A stretch of DNA of 64,000 nt from Dehalococcoidia bacterium (GCA_963663235.2 CAXXNO010000004.1:800001-864000), one strand, 5' to 3'. Counted from the first letter of the stretch, positions 30,501 through 39,288 are shown. Notes: generated from the sequence alone by a model not told the origin. Translations and numbers: made by a program.

Positions 30501-30746
30501 TTGCTCCGCGCCATGCGCGACGCGATCGCGGCCGGCGACGCGGACGCTCTGGGTCGCTCCGCGCACGCGCTCAAAGGCAGCAGCGCCGACCTCGGGGCCA
30601 GCGGCCTGGACCGGCTGTGCAAGGAGATCGAAGAGATCGCCCAGAGCAGCGCTCTGGATCAGGCGCCGCTGCGGCTGGCGGCGCTGGAGCGGGAGTACCG
30701 GCGGGTGGAGAGCGCTCTGCACGAGGAGCTGCGCCGAGCGGCATAG
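27543..30746 (+). CDS. Hybrid sensor histidine kinase (PAS-PAS-GAF-HisKA-HATPase-REC-REC-Hpt)
   Basis: FLATMSHEIRTPL, NLIGNAVKFT, DTGIG, GGTGLG, ILVAEDNPVN...LMDCQMPEMDG, Hpt AHALKGSS. Confidence 0.93.
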   Translation: MSERGTPRLRTPPAAPVPMLIWDAGRRVLFVNDAGCDLLGCEREGIVGQSVDALTANLDGAEQPAWRVIDRHDGTFLGIGGDLCEPDPAVAPSAGADDLYRATLHALSDPIIVVDESGTIIAVNETWRARWQRVAHYEDEFRVGRDYLQDLDALADDMFPLRRELAAGVRDVLAGRRERFSIELPWVAEDQTYWHETRVTPLGGAGPRRIVVAVRGITKLKQTHDALLRARDEAEAIASVARDLGGSLHLDELLQRIVGHARRLTSSDLSYIAVRGHSGERMWIVAEHGARNPAVLGRSFSGDHGLAARALETGGPVSAHDCLQSPGPSGVEYEIAREEGLAALAAVPVQAGPDCVALLYVGQRAQRRYADSDLSLLSRLADQAVATLRNAALYAELAASNADLERSATRAKELAATAQEATALKSEFLATMSHEIRTPLAAVIGITDLLLATPLNEEQREFAGIARNSASLLLDLINDILDFSKIEAGKLSTEWVEFEPRVVVEEMAELLSPTAHQKHVSLATFVAPEAPAAVRGDAARLRQILLNLIGNAVKFTDAGEVVVRATVEAAEDAPLTMRFSVSDTGIGLSEVARRQLFQPFTQSDGSMARKYGGTGLGPAICKRLVGLLGGEIGVESEEGRGSTFWVTLPFAPVEAPSERADVTRLAGLRILVADADRTQREITERYLAARGGAAVCATTTEEALALLQQQAAAGEPFDVVVVDRALAPDRGFEAASAATPVVLLSGFDLPPRAEAPMRLGVAARVRKPVKEHALVEAVAEAAGRGEARDGTAGRAASPAEPTVPTHIDRRILVAEDNPVNQRVAALQLERLGYRVEVVSNGREAVEACERSAYALVLMDCQMPEMDGYEATRRIREREAGGERRVPIVALSANTMKDEREACGRAGMDDYLAKPVKADELRETMERWIAGPDETARDEPGAGAPAGAPAGEPVDRAILQGLRRLSAEGKPGFLDEVVHLYTGETPKLLRAMRDAIAAGDADALGRSAHALKGSSADLGASGLDRLCKEIEEIAQSSALDQAPLRLAALEREYRRVESALHEELRRAA

Positions 30747-30762
30747 GAACGGAAAGGAAGCG

Positions 30763-31710
30763 ATGAAGACCCTTGTGGTCGAGGACGATCCGATCCAGCG
30801 GCGGATCCTTGAGGCCAGCCTGCGAAGCGCCGGCCACGACGTCCGCGTCGCGGCGAACGGTGAGGAAGCCTGGGCGCTTATCAACGAAGAGCGGATCCGG
30901 CTGGTGATCACCGACTGGATGATGCCCGACATCGACGGGCTAGAGTTGATCCGCCGGATTCGCGGCACGGACTTGCCCGGTTACACCTACGTGATCCTCC
31001 TGACGGCCAAGGACGGGCAGGACGACATCATCGACGGGCTACGAGGGGGCGCCGATGACTACCTCACCAAGCCGTTCGACCCTCGGGAGCTGCAGGCCCG
31101 TCACGCGATTGGTGGACGGATCGTGCGGCTGGAAGAGCGGCTCAGCGCGTCCCAGGAGGAGCTGCGGCGCCTGGCCATGTACGACGGCCTGACGGGGCTG
31201 TTCAATCGACGGACCATCCAGGAGCACGCCGAAGCCGAGCTCGATCGCGTGGCGCGGGGCAGCGGGCCGCTGAGTTTGGCGTTGGTGGACGTGGACCACT
31301 TCAAGTCGATCAACGACCGTCACGGGCACTTGACCGGCGATAGCGCGCTGCGGTTGATCGGGGGGATCCTGACCGCGCAACTGCGCTCCTACGACTGGGC
31401 CGGCCGCTGGGGCGGCGAGGAATTCCTCGCCGTGTTCCCGGGGACCAACATCGAGGAAGGGGTCGGGATGGCAGAACGGCTGCGCGCGGCGATCGCCGCG
31501 CGGCCGTTGTCGCTGCCGGACAGAGCGGTGGTGGAGGTGCGGGCGTCCTTCGGCGTCAGCGGCGCCGCCTCCGGGACGGCGTGCGACCTGGACACGCTAG
31601 TGCGCGAGGCAGACGCAGCGCTCTACCGCGCCAAGCGCGAGGGCCGCGATCGGGTTTGCGTGCACCGGCTTGATGCGGGCGCCGACGATCGGGATCGGCT
31701 GGCGTCCTAA
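30763..31710 (+). CDS. Response regulator-diguanylate cyclase (REC-GGDEF)
   Basis: VVEDD, ITDWMMP, DGLTGLFNRR, DVDHFKSIND, RSYD I-site and GGEEF. Confidence 0.95.
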   Translation: MKTLVVEDDPIQRRILEASLRSAGHDVRVAANGEEAWALINEERIRLVITDWMMPDIDGLELIRRIRGTDLPGYTYVILLTAKDGQDDIIDGLRGGADDYLTKPFDPRELQARHAIGGRIVRLEERLSASQEELRRLAMYDGLTGLFNRRTIQEHAEAELDRVARGSGPLSLALVDVDHFKSINDRHGHLTGDSALRLIGGILTAQLRSYDWAGRWGGEEFLAVFPGTNIEEGVGMAERLRAAIAARPLSLPDRAVVEVRASFGVSGAASGTACDLDTLVREADAALYRAKREGRDRVCVHRLDAGADDRDRLAS

Positions 31711-31859
31711 GCGTTCGCGGGCGAGAGCGCGCTCAGCGCCGTGGAGCGTCGCACGAGCGAGGCGAAGCGGCTGGAGGCCCGCGGCCGCGTCCGCATCGCC
31801 GCCGCGCGCAGCGCGAAGCGCCAAGGGGCGCGGAGCGATAGGATCGCGACGAGGCGGAC

Positions 31860-32621
31860 ATGAGCGCGCTTCCGATCCTGCTCTCCATTCCTCACGGGGG
31901 CACCCGCGTGCCCGAGCAGTTGCAGGGGCGCGTGCGCCTGACGCCCCTGCAACTGCTGTACGCCAGCGACGCCTTCACGCACGAGATCTACGACCTGGGC
32001 GCGGACGTCGTCGGGGTGGTGAAGGCCGAAGTCGCGCGGGCCTGCGTGGATCTGAACCGAGCGCCGGACGCGCGTCCGCCGTCGCATCCGGAAGGGGTGG
32101 TGAAGCAGGTCACCGCCAACGGACGCGTCGTGTACGTAGAGGGGAGCGAGCCCGCGCCGGGTCTCGTGGAGGCGCTGATGTCGCGGTACTTCGTGCCGTA
32201 TCACGCGCGGCTCGAAGAGCGTCTGGCATCGCCGGGCATCGCGCTGGCGCTGGACTGCCATTCGATGGCGAACAAGGGGCTGGAGCGTCAGCGAGACCGG
32301 GGCGAACCGCGGCCGCTGTTCTGCCTGAGCAACGGCAACGGCGCCACCTGTCCGGACGACCTGCTGCGCGCGGTAGGCGAGGCGCTCCAGATCACGTTTG
32401 GCTGCGGCGCGGACGAGATTGGCTATAACCAGCCGTTCGCCGGAGGCTATATCACGAAGACCTATGGAGCGGGGCCGACGCCCTGGATCCAGATCGAGAT
32501 GAACCGTCGGCTGTACCTCACACCCGACTGGTTCGACAAAGAGACGCTCAGCCTCGACCCGGCCCGGGCGCGGCAGCTGCGGGCCGGATTCCGCGCCGCG
32601 TTGGAGCGCCTCGGTTTGTAG
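31860..32621 (+). CDS. N-formylglutamate amidohydrolase
   Basis: SIPHGG, VDLNR, PYH, LDCHSM, NQPFAGGYIT, IQIEMNRRLY. Confidence 0.88.
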   Translation: MSALPILLSIPHGGTRVPEQLQGRVRLTPLQLLYASDAFTHEIYDLGADVVGVVKAEVARACVDLNRAPDARPPSHPEGVVKQVTANGRVVYVEGSEPAPGLVEALMSRYFVPYHARLEERLASPGIALALDCHSMANKGLERQRDRGEPRPLFCLSNGNGATCPDDLLRAVGEALQITFGCGADEIGYNQPFAGGYITKTYGAGPTPWIQIEMNRRLYLTPDWFDKETLSLDPARARQLRAGFRAALERLGL

Positions 32622-32661
32622 GGGGGCTTGTAGGGGGTTTGTAGGAGGGCCTGTAGCGGTG
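32615..32661 (+). repeat. Degenerate tandem repeat, 4 x ~12 bp (YTTGTAGGGGG), each unit containing TAG
   Basis: Read directly; the first unit contains the stop codon of the upstream gene. Confidence 0.75.
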
Positions 32662-32716
32662 CGGGGTGGCGCCCGGGAGGGGCTATCATTCCCGCGTGCG
32701 AAAGGAGCACCCGAAC

Positions 32717-33133
32717 ATGCCGAGCATCCAGAGCGCGAAGTCGATCCCCGCGAGCCATGCCGATCTCCTCGGCGCGCCGCAATTCGCCCACGTGTGCACC
32801 ATCAACGCGGACGGCACGCCGCAGACCTCCCCGGTCTGGTTCAACCGGGACGGCGACGAGATCCTGATCAACAGCGCGGAGGGGCGGCGCAAGGTGAACA
32901 ACATCCGGCGCGACCCGCACGTGGCGCTCTCCGTGATGGATGCGAGCAACCCGTACCGCTATATCGAGATCCGGGGGACGGTCACCGAGATCACGCACGA
33001 CGGCGCCGACGCCCACATCGACCAACTGGCCAAGGCGTACATGGGGGTGGACGTGTACCCCTACCACGACCCGAACGTGCAGCGGGTCATGGCGCGGATC
33101 CGCGTCGAGCACGTCGTGACGCTGGATCCGTAG
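32717..33133 (+). CDS. PPOX-class putative F420-dependent oxidoreductase
   Basis: TINADGTPQTSPVW, GRRKVNNIRRDPHVALSV, YIEIRG; AAAGGAG RBS. Confidence 0.9.
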   Translation: MPSIQSAKSIPASHADLLGAPQFAHVCTINADGTPQTSPVWFNRDGDEILINSAEGRRKVNNIRRDPHVALSVMDASNPYRYIEIRGTVTEITHDGADAHIDQLAKAYMGVDVYPYHDPNVQRVMARIRVEHVVTLDP

Positions 33134-33195
33134 CCGTCCCGCTGGAGCGGCCATCCGCAGCGGGCCGCCGGTCGTAGGGGTGGGGGAGGGGGGCC

Positions 33196-33507
33196 ATGAG
33201 TGCGGTCGACATCGCGGCGTTTTTCATTCCGCTCATCATCATCGGGATCATCTGGGTGCGGCGGGAGCACTTCCTGCGGAACAAGCTGTCGGGCGTGGCC
33301 GTGGTCGCGCTGGCAATCGTGGCGATCTTCCACTTCGACGTGGGAATGCTGACCACCGACCCCTACGACGAGTTCCTGGACAGCGTCGGCGCGCCCGGGG
33401 CGACGTGGCGGGCGTCGATCTTCGCTCTGCTGGCTCTCAGCTATTGGGGCGACCTGCGCGAGAACCTTCGCAGCGGCCGCAGGCGGTTGAGCGACTCGCG
33501 CGACTAG
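33196..33507 (+). CDS. Small hypothetical membrane protein (about 3 TM)
   Basis: Hydrophobic segments; GGAGG RBS; coding-like codon usage. Confidence 0.7.
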   Translation: MSAVDIAAFFIPLIIIGIIWVRREHFLRNKLSGVAVVALAIVAIFHFDVGMLTTDPYDEFLDSVGAPGATWRASIFALLALSYWGDLRENLRSGRRRLSDSRD

Positions 33508-34346
33508 CCGCCGGCCGCCGGGGCCTCCACGGCCGGCCTCGGCTGCGCCTCCTCGGCGCTCACGCCGGCCAGATGCGCGATGTAGATGGGGACCAGCGGC
33601 AGCACACAAGGCGAGAGGAACGACAGCACCCCGCCGGCGAAGGCGATGGCGAAACCAAAGCCGCCCGTGACGATGCCTCCTGTGGCGGAGGCATCCTGGG
33701 TGGCGCCCGGGAGGAACGCGAAGTAGTCGTTCAGCACGGTGACGCGGTCCAGGAAGATTAACACACCCATGAAGACCAGCAAGATGCCGCCCGCGACCGA
33801 GATGTAGCGGATGCGCGGCCCGAGGGCGCGGAGGAGCGCCGTGGCAGAGCCCAGCCCCGCCCCCGCGATTAAGAAAGGCACGCCCAGACCGAGGGTGTAG
33901 AACACGAGCAGCAGCGCGCCTTGCGCGACGGAGCCGGAATCCGCCGCGAGGGCCAAGATGCCGGCCAGGATCGGGCCGACGCAAGGGGTCCAGCCGACGG
34001 AAAAGGCGCCACCCACGAAGAGCGAGCGACCGTAGCGACGCAGCGCCCGGCGACTCGTCGCAGGCGCGGAGCGCGGCGACGACGCGCCGGGCGCGTCGAT
34101 CTGGTAGGTGCGGTTCAAGAAGGGGATGGTGATGATCTCGGTGAGGTGCAGCCCGAGGACGAGGAGCAAAACGCCGGCGACGCGGCTGAACCAGATGAGG
34201 TTGTCGCGGAGCGCGAAGCCGACGACCCCGATCGAGGCCCCCAGGATGATGAAGACCACGGAGAAGCCGAGGACGAACGCCAGCGCGTGCATGAACGTGG
34301 CACGCCTGGCCGGAACGAATTCCACCGGACCAGCGTGGGCGACCAT
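33504..34346 (-). CDS. ccdA: Cytochrome c biogenesis / disulfide-reduction protein CcdA, circularly permuted
   Basis: Both catalytic motifs are present, but GWTPCVGPIL comes before AFAGGVLSFLSPCVLPLVP. Start ATG 34346 with GAGGA RBS. Confidence 0.85.
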   Translation of the reverse strand: MVAHAGPVEFVPARRATFMHALAFVLGFSVVFIILGASIGVVGFALRDNLIWFSRVAGVLLLVLGLHLTEIITIPFLNRTYQIDAPGASSPRSAPATSRRALRRYGRSLFVGGAFSVGWTPCVGPILAGILALAADSGSVAQGALLLVFYTLGLGVPFLIAGAGLGSATALLRALGPRIRYISVAGGILLVFMGVLIFLDRVTVLNDYFAFLPGATQDASATGGIVTGGFGFAIAFAGGVLSFLSPCVLPLVPIYIAHLAGVSAEEAQPRPAVEAPAAGG

Positions 34347-34469
34347 CGCGTCCTCGTGGCCCTCCAGCGTGCTGGTTCCCGCCTCTGTAGAGGTTACGCC
34401 TCCCCGGCGGCCGCAGATGCGGGCCGGCGCCATCGCCACGCCATCCAGGATAGGCCACAGGATTACGTA

Positions 34470-35162
34470 ATGTCATCAGATTCCGATAGCGCCCGTATCT
34501 CCGTGATCATTCCCACGTTGTACGAAGAGGGGACGATCCGCGGAGCCGTCCGCGGCGCGTTCGCCGCCGGGGCCGACGAGGTGATCGTGGCCGACGGCGG
34601 ATCGCCGGACCGGACGGCGGAGCGGGCGCGCGCCGGAGGGGCGCGGGTGGTGCAGGAGCAACCAGGGCGGGGGGCGCAGCTGAACGCCGGCGCCGCAGCG
34701 GCGAGCGGCGACGTCCTGTGGTTTCTGCACGCGGATACCAGAGTCGCGCCGGGATCGTGCGCGCTGGTGCTGGCGGCGCTCCGCGACCCCGACGTAGTGG
34801 GCGGGCACTTCCGGGTGAGCTTTGGTCGCTCGACACACGCGCGCTTGTTGGCGGCGTTCTACCACGTGATCCAGCGGTTCGGCGTGGTCTACGGGGACTC
34901 GGCGGTGTTCTGCCGGCGGACGGCGTATGAGGCAGCGGGCGGCTTTCCGCCGCACCCAATCATGGAGGACCTGGCGTTCGTGCAGGCGCTGCGCCGTCGC
35001 GGGCGACTGGCGTACGTCGGCGCGCCGATCTACTCGTCGCCGCGGCGCTGGGAGCGGGGCGGGGTCGCGCAGGCGTGGGGGTCTTGGCTGGTGATCCAGT
35101 CGCTGTACTTCCTGCGGGTGCCGCCCACGATTCTCGGGCAGCTGTACCGGCAGATCCGGTGA
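34470..35162 (+). CDS. GT2 glycosyltransferase (TIGR04283-like)
   Basis: SVIIPTLYEE, ADGGSPD, GRGAQLNAGA, FLHADT, YGD, PIMED, SPRRW. Confidence 0.88.
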   Translation: MSSDSDSARISVIIPTLYEEGTIRGAVRGAFAAGADEVIVADGGSPDRTAERARAGGARVVQEQPGRGAQLNAGAAAASGDVLWFLHADTRVAPGSCALVLAALRDPDVVGGHFRVSFGRSTHARLLAAFYHVIQRFGVVYGDSAVFCRRTAYEAAGGFPPHPIMEDLAFVQALRRRGRLAYVGAPIYSSPRRWERGGVAQAWGSWLVIQSLYFLRVPPTILGQLYRQIR

Positions 35163-35902
35163 GTTCCGCGCGGACGGCCGGGCAGGGGCCGGCGGTGGGC
35201 CTGTTGACGCGCGCGCCGCAGCCGGGACTGGCCAAGACGCGGTTGGCGGCCGCGATCGGGGATCAAGCGGCGGCGCGGCTCGCGGAAGCGTTCCTGCTGG
35301 ACGTGGCGTCGGCCGTGCGTGGCGGCGGCTGGCGGCCGACGCTGTTCGTCGAGCCGGGGGCGGCGGTGTCGGAGGTGGCGACGCTGGTGGGGATCAGCGA
35401 TGCGCGGCCGCAAGCGGAGGGAAGCATCGGGCGGCGGATGCTGGCGGCCGCCACGACGCTGGAGGGGGAGGGGTACGCGCCGGTGATTCTGGTAGGGTCG
35501 GACATCCCGACGCTGCGCCCCAGTCACCTGGGCGAGGCGCTGAGCGCGCTGGAGCGTATCGACGTGGTGTTCGGCCCCGCGGGGGACGGCGGCTACTTCC
35601 TGGTCGGGATGCGGCGCGTCGCACCGGCGATCTTCGACGACGCGGCCGTTCCCTGGGGACGAGACGGCGTGCTGGCGGCGTCGGAACGGCTGGCGGAGCG
35701 TGAGGGGCTGCGCATGGCGCGCATCAGCGCCGAGCATGACGTCGATACGCCCGCAGACCTAGAGCGCCTGCGAGCGCGCTGCGCCGCTCTGGCGAGGGAA
35801 GGACAGGCGCCGGCGTACACGGCGGCGGCGCTGGCGGCGATCCGTCCGCTATTATCGGCCGAGCCGCGCGGACCCCGAAGGCGAGAGGAGCGGAACGAGT
35901 GA
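35159..35902 (+). CDS. DUF2064 / TIGR04282-like GT-A fold protein
   Basis: PGLAKTRL, Q..GSIGRRM, GSDIPTL, GPAGDGGYFLVG, DVDTPADL; GTG start overlaps the upstream TGA. Confidence 0.85.
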   Translation: MSSARTAGQGPAVGLLTRAPQPGLAKTRLAAAIGDQAAARLAEAFLLDVASAVRGGGWRPTLFVEPGAAVSEVATLVGISDARPQAEGSIGRRMLAAATTLEGEGYAPVILVGSDIPTLRPSHLGEALSALERIDVVFGPAGDGGYFLVGMRRVAPAIFDDAAVPWGRDGVLAASERLAEREGLRMARISAEHDVDTPADLERLRARCAALAREGQAPAYTAAALAAIRPLLSAEPRGPRRREERNE

Positions 35903-36777
35903 AACTGGCGACCTTCACGCAGGACGGCGCCACGCGGATCGGCGTGGTGGAGGGGAACGAGGTCATCGATCTGAGCGTCGCGGCGCCGGATCTGCCGCGC
36001 GAGATGGTAGCGTTCTTGGAGGCTGGCCCGGCCGCCCTCGCCGCCGCCCGCGCGAGCGTCAAAGCCGGCGGCGCGCGCCAGCCGCTCGCCTCCGTGCAGA
36101 TCGAAGCACCGATCCGCCGCCCGCCGAAGCTCCTGGCCGTGGGGCTGAACTACGCCGATCACATCCGTGAGACGGGGGGCAAGCAGCCGAAGCATCCCAA
36201 GATCTTCAACAAGCAGACATCGTCTGTGACGGGACCGAGCTCGCCGATCCACATGCCGCGTGCATCGGACCAACTGGACTACGAAGGCGAACTGGGGTTC
36301 GTGATCGGGCGGCGGAGCCGGCACGTGCCCAAGGAGCGGGCCGCGGAGGTGATCGCCGGGTACCTCATCGTGCACGACGTGAGCGTGCGCGACTGGCAGC
36401 AGCACTCATCGACCTGGACCATGGGCAAGTCGTTCGACACGCACGCCCCCATCGGCCCTTGGATCGTGACGGGCGACGAAGTCGGGGACCCGCACGCGCT
36501 CGCGGTGCGGACCTGGGTGAACGATGAACTGCGCCAGGACAGCAACACCAAAGAGTTGATCTTCGACTGCTACGAGTTGATCGCCTACCTGAGCACCGCC
36601 TTCACGCTGGAGCCCGGCGACATCATCGCCACGGGCACGCCGAGCGGAGTGGCGATTGGGTTCGACCCGCCGAAGTTCCTGCACGTCGGAGACGGAGTGC
36701 GGATCGAGATCGAGAAGATCGGCACGATGGAGAACCGCGTCATCGCCGAGCCGGCGGACACGGCGCGAATGGACTAG
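35899..36777 (+). CDS. Fumarylacetoacetate hydrolase family protein
   Basis: VGLNYADH, LDYEGEL, DVSVRDWQ, GKSFDT, PGDIIATGTPSGV. Confidence 0.93.
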   Translation: MKLATFTQDGATRIGVVEGNEVIDLSVAAPDLPREMVAFLEAGPAALAAARASVKAGGARQPLASVQIEAPIRRPPKLLAVGLNYADHIRETGGKQPKHPKIFNKQTSSVTGPSSPIHMPRASDQLDYEGELGFVIGRRSRHVPKERAAEVIAGYLIVHDVSVRDWQQHSSTWTMGKSFDTHAPIGPWIVTGDEVGDPHALAVRTWVNDELRQDSNTKELIFDCYELIAYLSTAFTLEPGDIIATGTPSGVAIGFDPPKFLHVGDGVRIEIEKIGTMENRVIAEPADTARMD

Positions 36778-37361
36778 TGGTCCCGCAGGGCGTCGCGCAC
36801 CGGCGGCCAGTTGAGCGCCACAACCCCCGGCTCCTGGCACTCAAGCGGCGGGGACTGGACGTAGCGGTCCCCCTGGGTCAGCGTCATGAGCTCGATGAGG
36901 ACGGGGCCGTCGGCCGCGAGTAAGGCGTCGATCTCGGCGTCGAGCGACTCGATGTCATCGAAGCGGGCGGCGTGGGCGTAGCCCGCCTCGCGGGCCAGCC
37001 CGGCGAAGGAGAGCTTGCCCTCCGCGGGCGTGCGCTGGCCGCCACTGACCTCGTAGACGCCGTTGTGCATTACGACATGCAGGAAGCGCTTGGGCGCGGC
37101 GTCGGCGATGGTGGCGAGCGAGCCCAATTGCATGAGCAGCGAACCGTCGCCGTCCAGGACCCAGACGGGGAGATCGGGCCGGGCCAGGGCCACCCCCAAC
37201 CCGAACGTGGACGCGCCGCCCATGAAGGCGAGGCAGATGAGATTGTGCGGGTGAGGCGATCGCTCGGTCCAGGGGCGCACCGCCGTCATGGTCGACACCA
37301 CGACCTCGTTGGAACGCCGGCAAGCCAGCAGCGCCAGTGCGGCGTCTCGGGAGATGCTCAT
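36774..37361 (-). CDS. TPP-dependent decarboxylase beta subunit (sulfopyruvate/phosphonopyruvate decarboxylase ComE-like)
   Basis: MGGASTFGLGVALA, DGDGSLLM...HNG TPP motif, GGQ. Confidence 0.82.
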   Translation of the reverse strand: MSISRDAALALLACRRSNEVVVSTMTAVRPWTERSPHPHNLICLAFMGGASTFGLGVALARPDLPVWVLDGDGSLLMQLGSLATIADAAPKRFLHVVMHNGVYEVSGGQRTPAEGKLSFAGLAREAGYAHAARFDDIESLDAEIDALLAADGPVLIELMTLTQGDRYVQSPPLECQEPGVVALNWPPVRDALRDH

Positions 37362-37879
37362 CAGATCGTCTCCAGCCCGAGCAGCAACGCGACGGGACCG
37401 TTGCGCCGCGCCGCCTCGTCGAACGCCTGCGGCACGAGCGAGACGTCGGCGGGCGCGTCGAGAAGATAGTGAGGGATGCCGAGGGTGTCCAGCACCGGCT
37501 CCGCGAGGCGGACCAGCGATATGAAGTTCTCGCGCGGCGCGCGGTTGGGGTCGCGGCCCAAGAGGCCGATGAGCAAGACGATGAGGAAGGCGCCGTCGAG
37601 GGCCACTCCACGCAGATTGTTGACGCAGGCGTACAGGCCCGAGTGCTGGATCTGGAGGAGCGGCCTGCGCCCGCCGACGATCAGGCCGGCGCAGATGGCC
37701 ACGCCCTCATCCTCGGTGCAGGCGTGGACAAGAGCGATGTCGTCCTGGGCCTCCAGCCGCTCGATCAGGGTGCGCTGATGCGTGTCCGGCACCTGCACCA
37801 CGAAGTCGACCGCGGCGCGGCGGAACGCCTGCAGGAGGTCATCCGCGGGGATCGGCTGCGGCATCTCTGAGCCGGTCAA
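37361..37879 (-). CDS. TPP-dependent decarboxylase alpha subunit (ComD-like)
   Basis: VPD, EDEGVAICAG, IQHSGL..CVN, EPVLDTLGIP. Start is TTG 37879 or ATG 37864. Confidence 0.8.
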   Translation of the reverse strand: MTGSEMPQPIPADDLLQAFRRAAVDFVVQVPDTHQRTLIERLEAQDDIALVHACTEDEGVAICAGLIVGGRRPLLQIQHSGLYACVNNLRGVALDGAFLIVLLIGLLGRDPNRAPRENFISLVRLAEPVLDTLGIPHYLLDAPADVSLVPQAFDEAARRNGPVALLLGLETI

Positions 37880-39288
37880 TCGAATGCCATAGCCGGGGGG
37901 TTGGGCGGGATCGCGATGGCACAGCCGGTAGCGGCGATCACCTCGTCGGGCGTGACGCCCGCGGCGATCTCGCGGAGGACGAAGCCGTCGGCCGTGACGT
38001 CGATCACCGCGAGGTTGGTGACCACGGTCGTGACGCAGCGCCGGCCGGTGACGGGAAACGCACAGTCCTCCAGCAGCCGGGGCTTGCCATCGCGGGTGGT
38101 GTGCTCCATCAGCACGATCACCTCCGAGCCGCCCGCCAGCAGGTCCATGGCGCCCCCGATGCGGCCGGCTCCCAGGCCGGGGCGGGACCAGTTCGCCAGA
38201 TCGCCGTGCCGGGAGACCTCATAGCCTCCCAGCACCACGGCATCGAGATGGCCGCCGCGCGCCATGGTGAAAGCGGTCACGCTGTCGAAGAGCGAAGCGC
38301 CGGGCAGGGGCTCGATCGGCAGGCTACCGGCGTCGAAATAGGCGGGATCCCAGCGGTCGAGATCCAGCAGGCTGCGAAAGCCCAGAATGCCGTTCTCCGC
38401 GTGGAGGGCCACCTGGGCTCCGATCTCTTGCAGCCAGCGGCCGACGAGCGTCGGCATGCCGACACCGAGGTTCACGTAGTTATAGTCGGCGATCATCCGA
38501 GCCACCCGCAACGCCATGAGGTCGCGGGGGACGCCCTGGGCGCCCTCGACGCGCCCCGCATCCTTGAGGGGATCGCGCCCGCCGGCCAGCTCCGCCGCCA
38601 CGATCTCCTCGATCGGGATCTCGGCCTGGACCACGGCATCGACGAAGATGCCGGGCAGGTGGACATCCTCAGGGTCGATGCCCCCGCGCGGGACAATCCG
38701 CTCGGCCTGGGCGATCACCGTCTTGGCGGCGCCGGCCATGGCGGGCTGGAAGTTGCGCGTGGTCCCGTCGAAGCGGCAGTTGCCCCCCTCATCGGCGACG
38801 TCGGCGCGTAGGAGGGCAACGTCCGCCGAAAGCGCCGTTTCCAGCAGATAGCGGCGCCCGTCGAACTCACGGACCTCCTTGTCCTCCGACTCCACGAGGG
38901 TACCCGCGCCCGTCGGCGTGAAGAACGCCGGGATGCCGGCAGCCGCCGCCCGGATCCGCTCGACGAACGTCCCCTGGGGCACCACCTCGTACACGACCGT
39001 ACCGGCGAGGATCTGATCTTCCAGCGCCGTGGGGATGCCGGTGTGGCCGCCAAACGAGCCGATAAAGCGGGAGACCAACCGGCGCTCCGCCAGTACCTGG
39101 GGGGAGTGGGGGCCGTAGCCGACGGCGTTCGCGACGATCGTGAGGTCGTCCGCGCCGTGGTTCGCCAGGGCGTGTAAGAGCGTGCTGGGCCATGCGGGCA
39201 TGGGGGCGAAGCCGCCGACCATAATCGACGATCCGGGCCGGATGTTCGCCACGGCTTCCCCGGCGGTGGGGACGACCTTGCTTTCCAG
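37876..39288 (-). CDS. Fused alpha/beta family I CoA-transferase (third paralog; probable CTG start)
   Basis: (L)ESKVV aligns with MKSKVV of the paralogs; GGAGGG lies 6 nt before CTG; HAENG and GGAMDL motifs. Confidence 0.88.
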   Translation of the reverse strand: MESKVVPTAGEAVANIRPGSSIMVGGFAPMPAWPSTLLHALANHGADDLTIVANAVGYGPHSPQVLAERRLVSRFIGSFGGHTGIPTALEDQILAGTVVYEVVPQGTFVERIRAAAAGIPAFFTPTGAGTLVESEDKEVREFDGRRYLLETALSADVALLRADVADEGGNCRFDGTTRNFQPAMAGAAKTVIAQAERIVPRGGIDPEDVHLPGIFVDAVVQAEIPIEEIVAAELAGGRDPLKDAGRVEGAQGVPRDLMALRVARMIADYNYVNLGVGMPTLVGRWLQEIGAQVALHAENGILGFRSLLDLDRWDPAYFDAGSLPIEPLPGASLFDSVTAFTMARGGHLDAVVLGGYEVSRHGDLANWSRPGLGAGRIGGAMDLLAGGSEVIVLMEHTTRDGKPRLLEDCAFPVTGRRCVTTVVTNLAVIDVTADGFVLREIAAGVTPDEVIAATGCAIAIPPNPPAMAFD

